64,000 bases of DNA from the human T2T-CHM13v2.0 reference genome, Homo sapiens. Shown here piece by piece: positions 61,865 through 64,000 of the stretch (the stretch's first letter is position 1; each line of letters opens with the position of its first letter). Below the pieces are notes generated by a model. It did no database searches. It was not told the DNA's origin and saw only the letters and a program-made list of their open reading frames with translations. The translations under genes and the position numbers were made by a program. The stretch lies in NCBI RefSeq assembly GCF_009914755.1, contig NC_060932.1. One strand, written 5' to 3'.

Positions 61865-64000
61865 GGATCATAGAAGTTAAAGACTTAAAACAAACTTTAA
61901 CAATTAGGACAGGATACCAAGGTGCAAATGCCTGGTTAAAATGGATCAAATATTCCATCTACACATTAAACAAAAGCAACTGTTACGCTTGTGCACATGG
62001 CAGGCCAGAGGCCCAGATTGTCCCCCTCCACTAAGGTGGTCGCCAGTCGACCAGGCGTGGCTGCATAGTAGCTCTTTTCCAGGATTCTACAGCCTGCAGT
62101 AACAAGACGTGCCAAGCTCTCTCTGCTATATCCCGAAATCCAGCACCCTGTGGGTCAGCCCGCAAGGGCCATCCAGCTTCTGTCTCCCAACACTAAGTTC
62201 ACTTCGTGTCTCTCACGACAGGGAGGAAACAGCATTCCTTGGAGACCTGAAGGGATGCGATGAGCTTAAGAATTTTCGAGAGCTTATCAATCAGTCAGCC
62301 CTTGTTCATCCCTGTGCGGATGTGTGGTGGTACTGTGGTGGACCTTTACTGGGCACTCTGCTGAATAACTGGAGTGGCACTTGTGCTTTAGTCCGTTTGG
62401 CTATCCCTTTCACCCTGGCATTTCATCAACCAGAGGGAGAAAAAATAAGACATCATAAAGCGAGAGAAGCCCCTTATGGGTCTTTCAACTCTCACGTCTA
62501 TTTGGATGCAGTTGGGGCCCCTCAAGGAACACCAGATCAATTAAAGCTTGAAATCAAATAGCTACAGGATTTACGTCAATATTTTAGTAGGTGACAGTTA
62601 ATAAAAGTGTAGATTAGATAAACTACATCTATTACAACCAACAGCAACAAGCTTTTCATGAGTTAAAAGAAAAACTCCTGTTGGCCCCAGCCCTGAGTCT
62701 ACCTGACGTGACAAAACCTTTTACACTCTATGTGTCAGAAAGAGAAAAAATGGCATTTGGAGTTTTAACCTAGACTGTGGGGCCCTGGCTAAGGGCAGTG
62801 GCCTATCTCTCTAAACAACTATAGGGGGTTTCCAAAGCCTGGCCCCCGTGTCTAAGGGCCCCGGCAGCAACGGCCCTGTTAGCACAAGAAGCAGATAAAC
62901 TAACTCTTGGACAAAACCTGAATATAAAGGCCCCCCATGCTGTGGTAACTTTGATGAATCCCAAAGGACATCATTGGCTAACAAATGCTAGATTAACCAA
63001 GTACCAAAGCTTGCTGTGTGAAAATCCCCACATAACCACTGCAGTTTGCAACACCCTAAACCCCAGCACCTTGCTCCCGGTATCGGGGAGCCCAGTTGAA
63101 CATAACTGTGTAGAGGTGTTGGACTCAGTTTATTCTAGCAGGCGCAACCTCCGAGACCATCCTTGAACATCAGTAGACTGTGAGCAGTACGTGGATAGCA
63201 GCAGCTTCGCCAACCCCTGCAAAGTGACTCTGAGGAAGACGACAAGCCCTGCTCCAGTCACGCCCAGAAGCTGACTGGTCCATGCACGGCCGAAGCATGA
63301 GGAAACTCATCGCAGGACTCATTTTCCTTAAAATTTGGACTTGTACAGTAAGGACTTCAACTCACCCTCCTCAGACTGAGGACTGTTCCTAGTGTATACA
63401 TCAAGTCACTGAGGGAGGACAAAATGTTGCTACAGTCCCATTATTTTACGGTTATTATAAGTGTACTGGAACTCTAAAAAGAACTTGTTTGTATAATGTT
63501 ATTCTATACAAGGTATGTGCCCAGGAAATGACCAACCTGATGTGTGTTATGACCCATCTGAGCCTCCCATGACCACAGTTTTTCAAATAAGATTAAGAAT
63601 TAAAGACTGGTGGGGGCTCATAAACAATATGAGTAAAGTGTTAGCCAAAAAAAACAAACAAAAAGAGGTGCCCAAACAAGTCACCTTGAAGTGTGATGCC
63701 TGTGCTGTCATTAATACTAATAAGTTAGGAATAGGATGTGGTTCTCTTCATTAGGAAAGAGGCTGTATGGCAGAAAATAAGTACATTTATCATGAGTTAG
63801 GACTGTGTGGAAATGAATGTAGTTACTGGTCTTGTGTCATTTAGGCTACTTGGATAAAAAATGAAAAAAATCCTGTCCACCTTCAGAAAAGGAAAAGTGG
63901 CCCTTCCTATACCAGTGGTCAGTGTAACCCCTTAGAACTAGTAATAACCAACCCCCTTAATCCTCGCTGGAAAAAAAGGAAATGCGTAACCCTAGAATTT
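61865..64000 (+). mobile_element. Decayed HERV-I/HERVIP10-type internal region (env fragment, pol fragment, env N-terminus), running off the window
   Basis: Env-like 'WWYCGGPLLGTLLNNWSGTCALVRLAIPFTLAF'; gamma-type RT connection 'HWLTNARLTKYQSLLCENP..CNTLNPSTLLP..HNCVEVLDSVYSSR'; env start ATG at 63297 (MRKLIAGLIFLKIW) and 'CPGNDQPDVCYDPSEP'. Many stops and frameshifts. Confidence 0.85.

Overview
Primate (almost certainly human) genomic DNA, very rich in Alu and other repeats. It holds one protein-coding gene, ZNF623 (+ strand), recognised from its 536-aa, 13-finger C2H2 ORF; from memory the locus is on 8q24.3. The gene has a CpG-island promoter at about 14.9-16.1 kb, a non-coding exon 1 ending at 15572, a 13.4-kb intron and one coding exon from 28980. 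Most of the rest is interspersed repeat: Alu, L1, L2, MIR, MER1B, MER6, Tigger1, MaLR and ERV LTRs, a U7 snRNA retrocopy, an SVA2-type element and a rearranged HERV-I-type interior. The most unusual structure is a set of five minisatellites (43, 52/55, 49, 38 and about 33 bp units), each born inside a separate transposable element. The largest is a 163 x 38-bp array of 6.2 kb inside one LTR10-type solo LTR. It splits sharply into a CpG-free domain and a domain carrying about 50 ATGCGGGT (GCM-type) motifs. The very long ORFs in the track are repeat artefacts. I see no convincing novel protein system. Repeat family names come from recalled consensus similarity, not from a database search.
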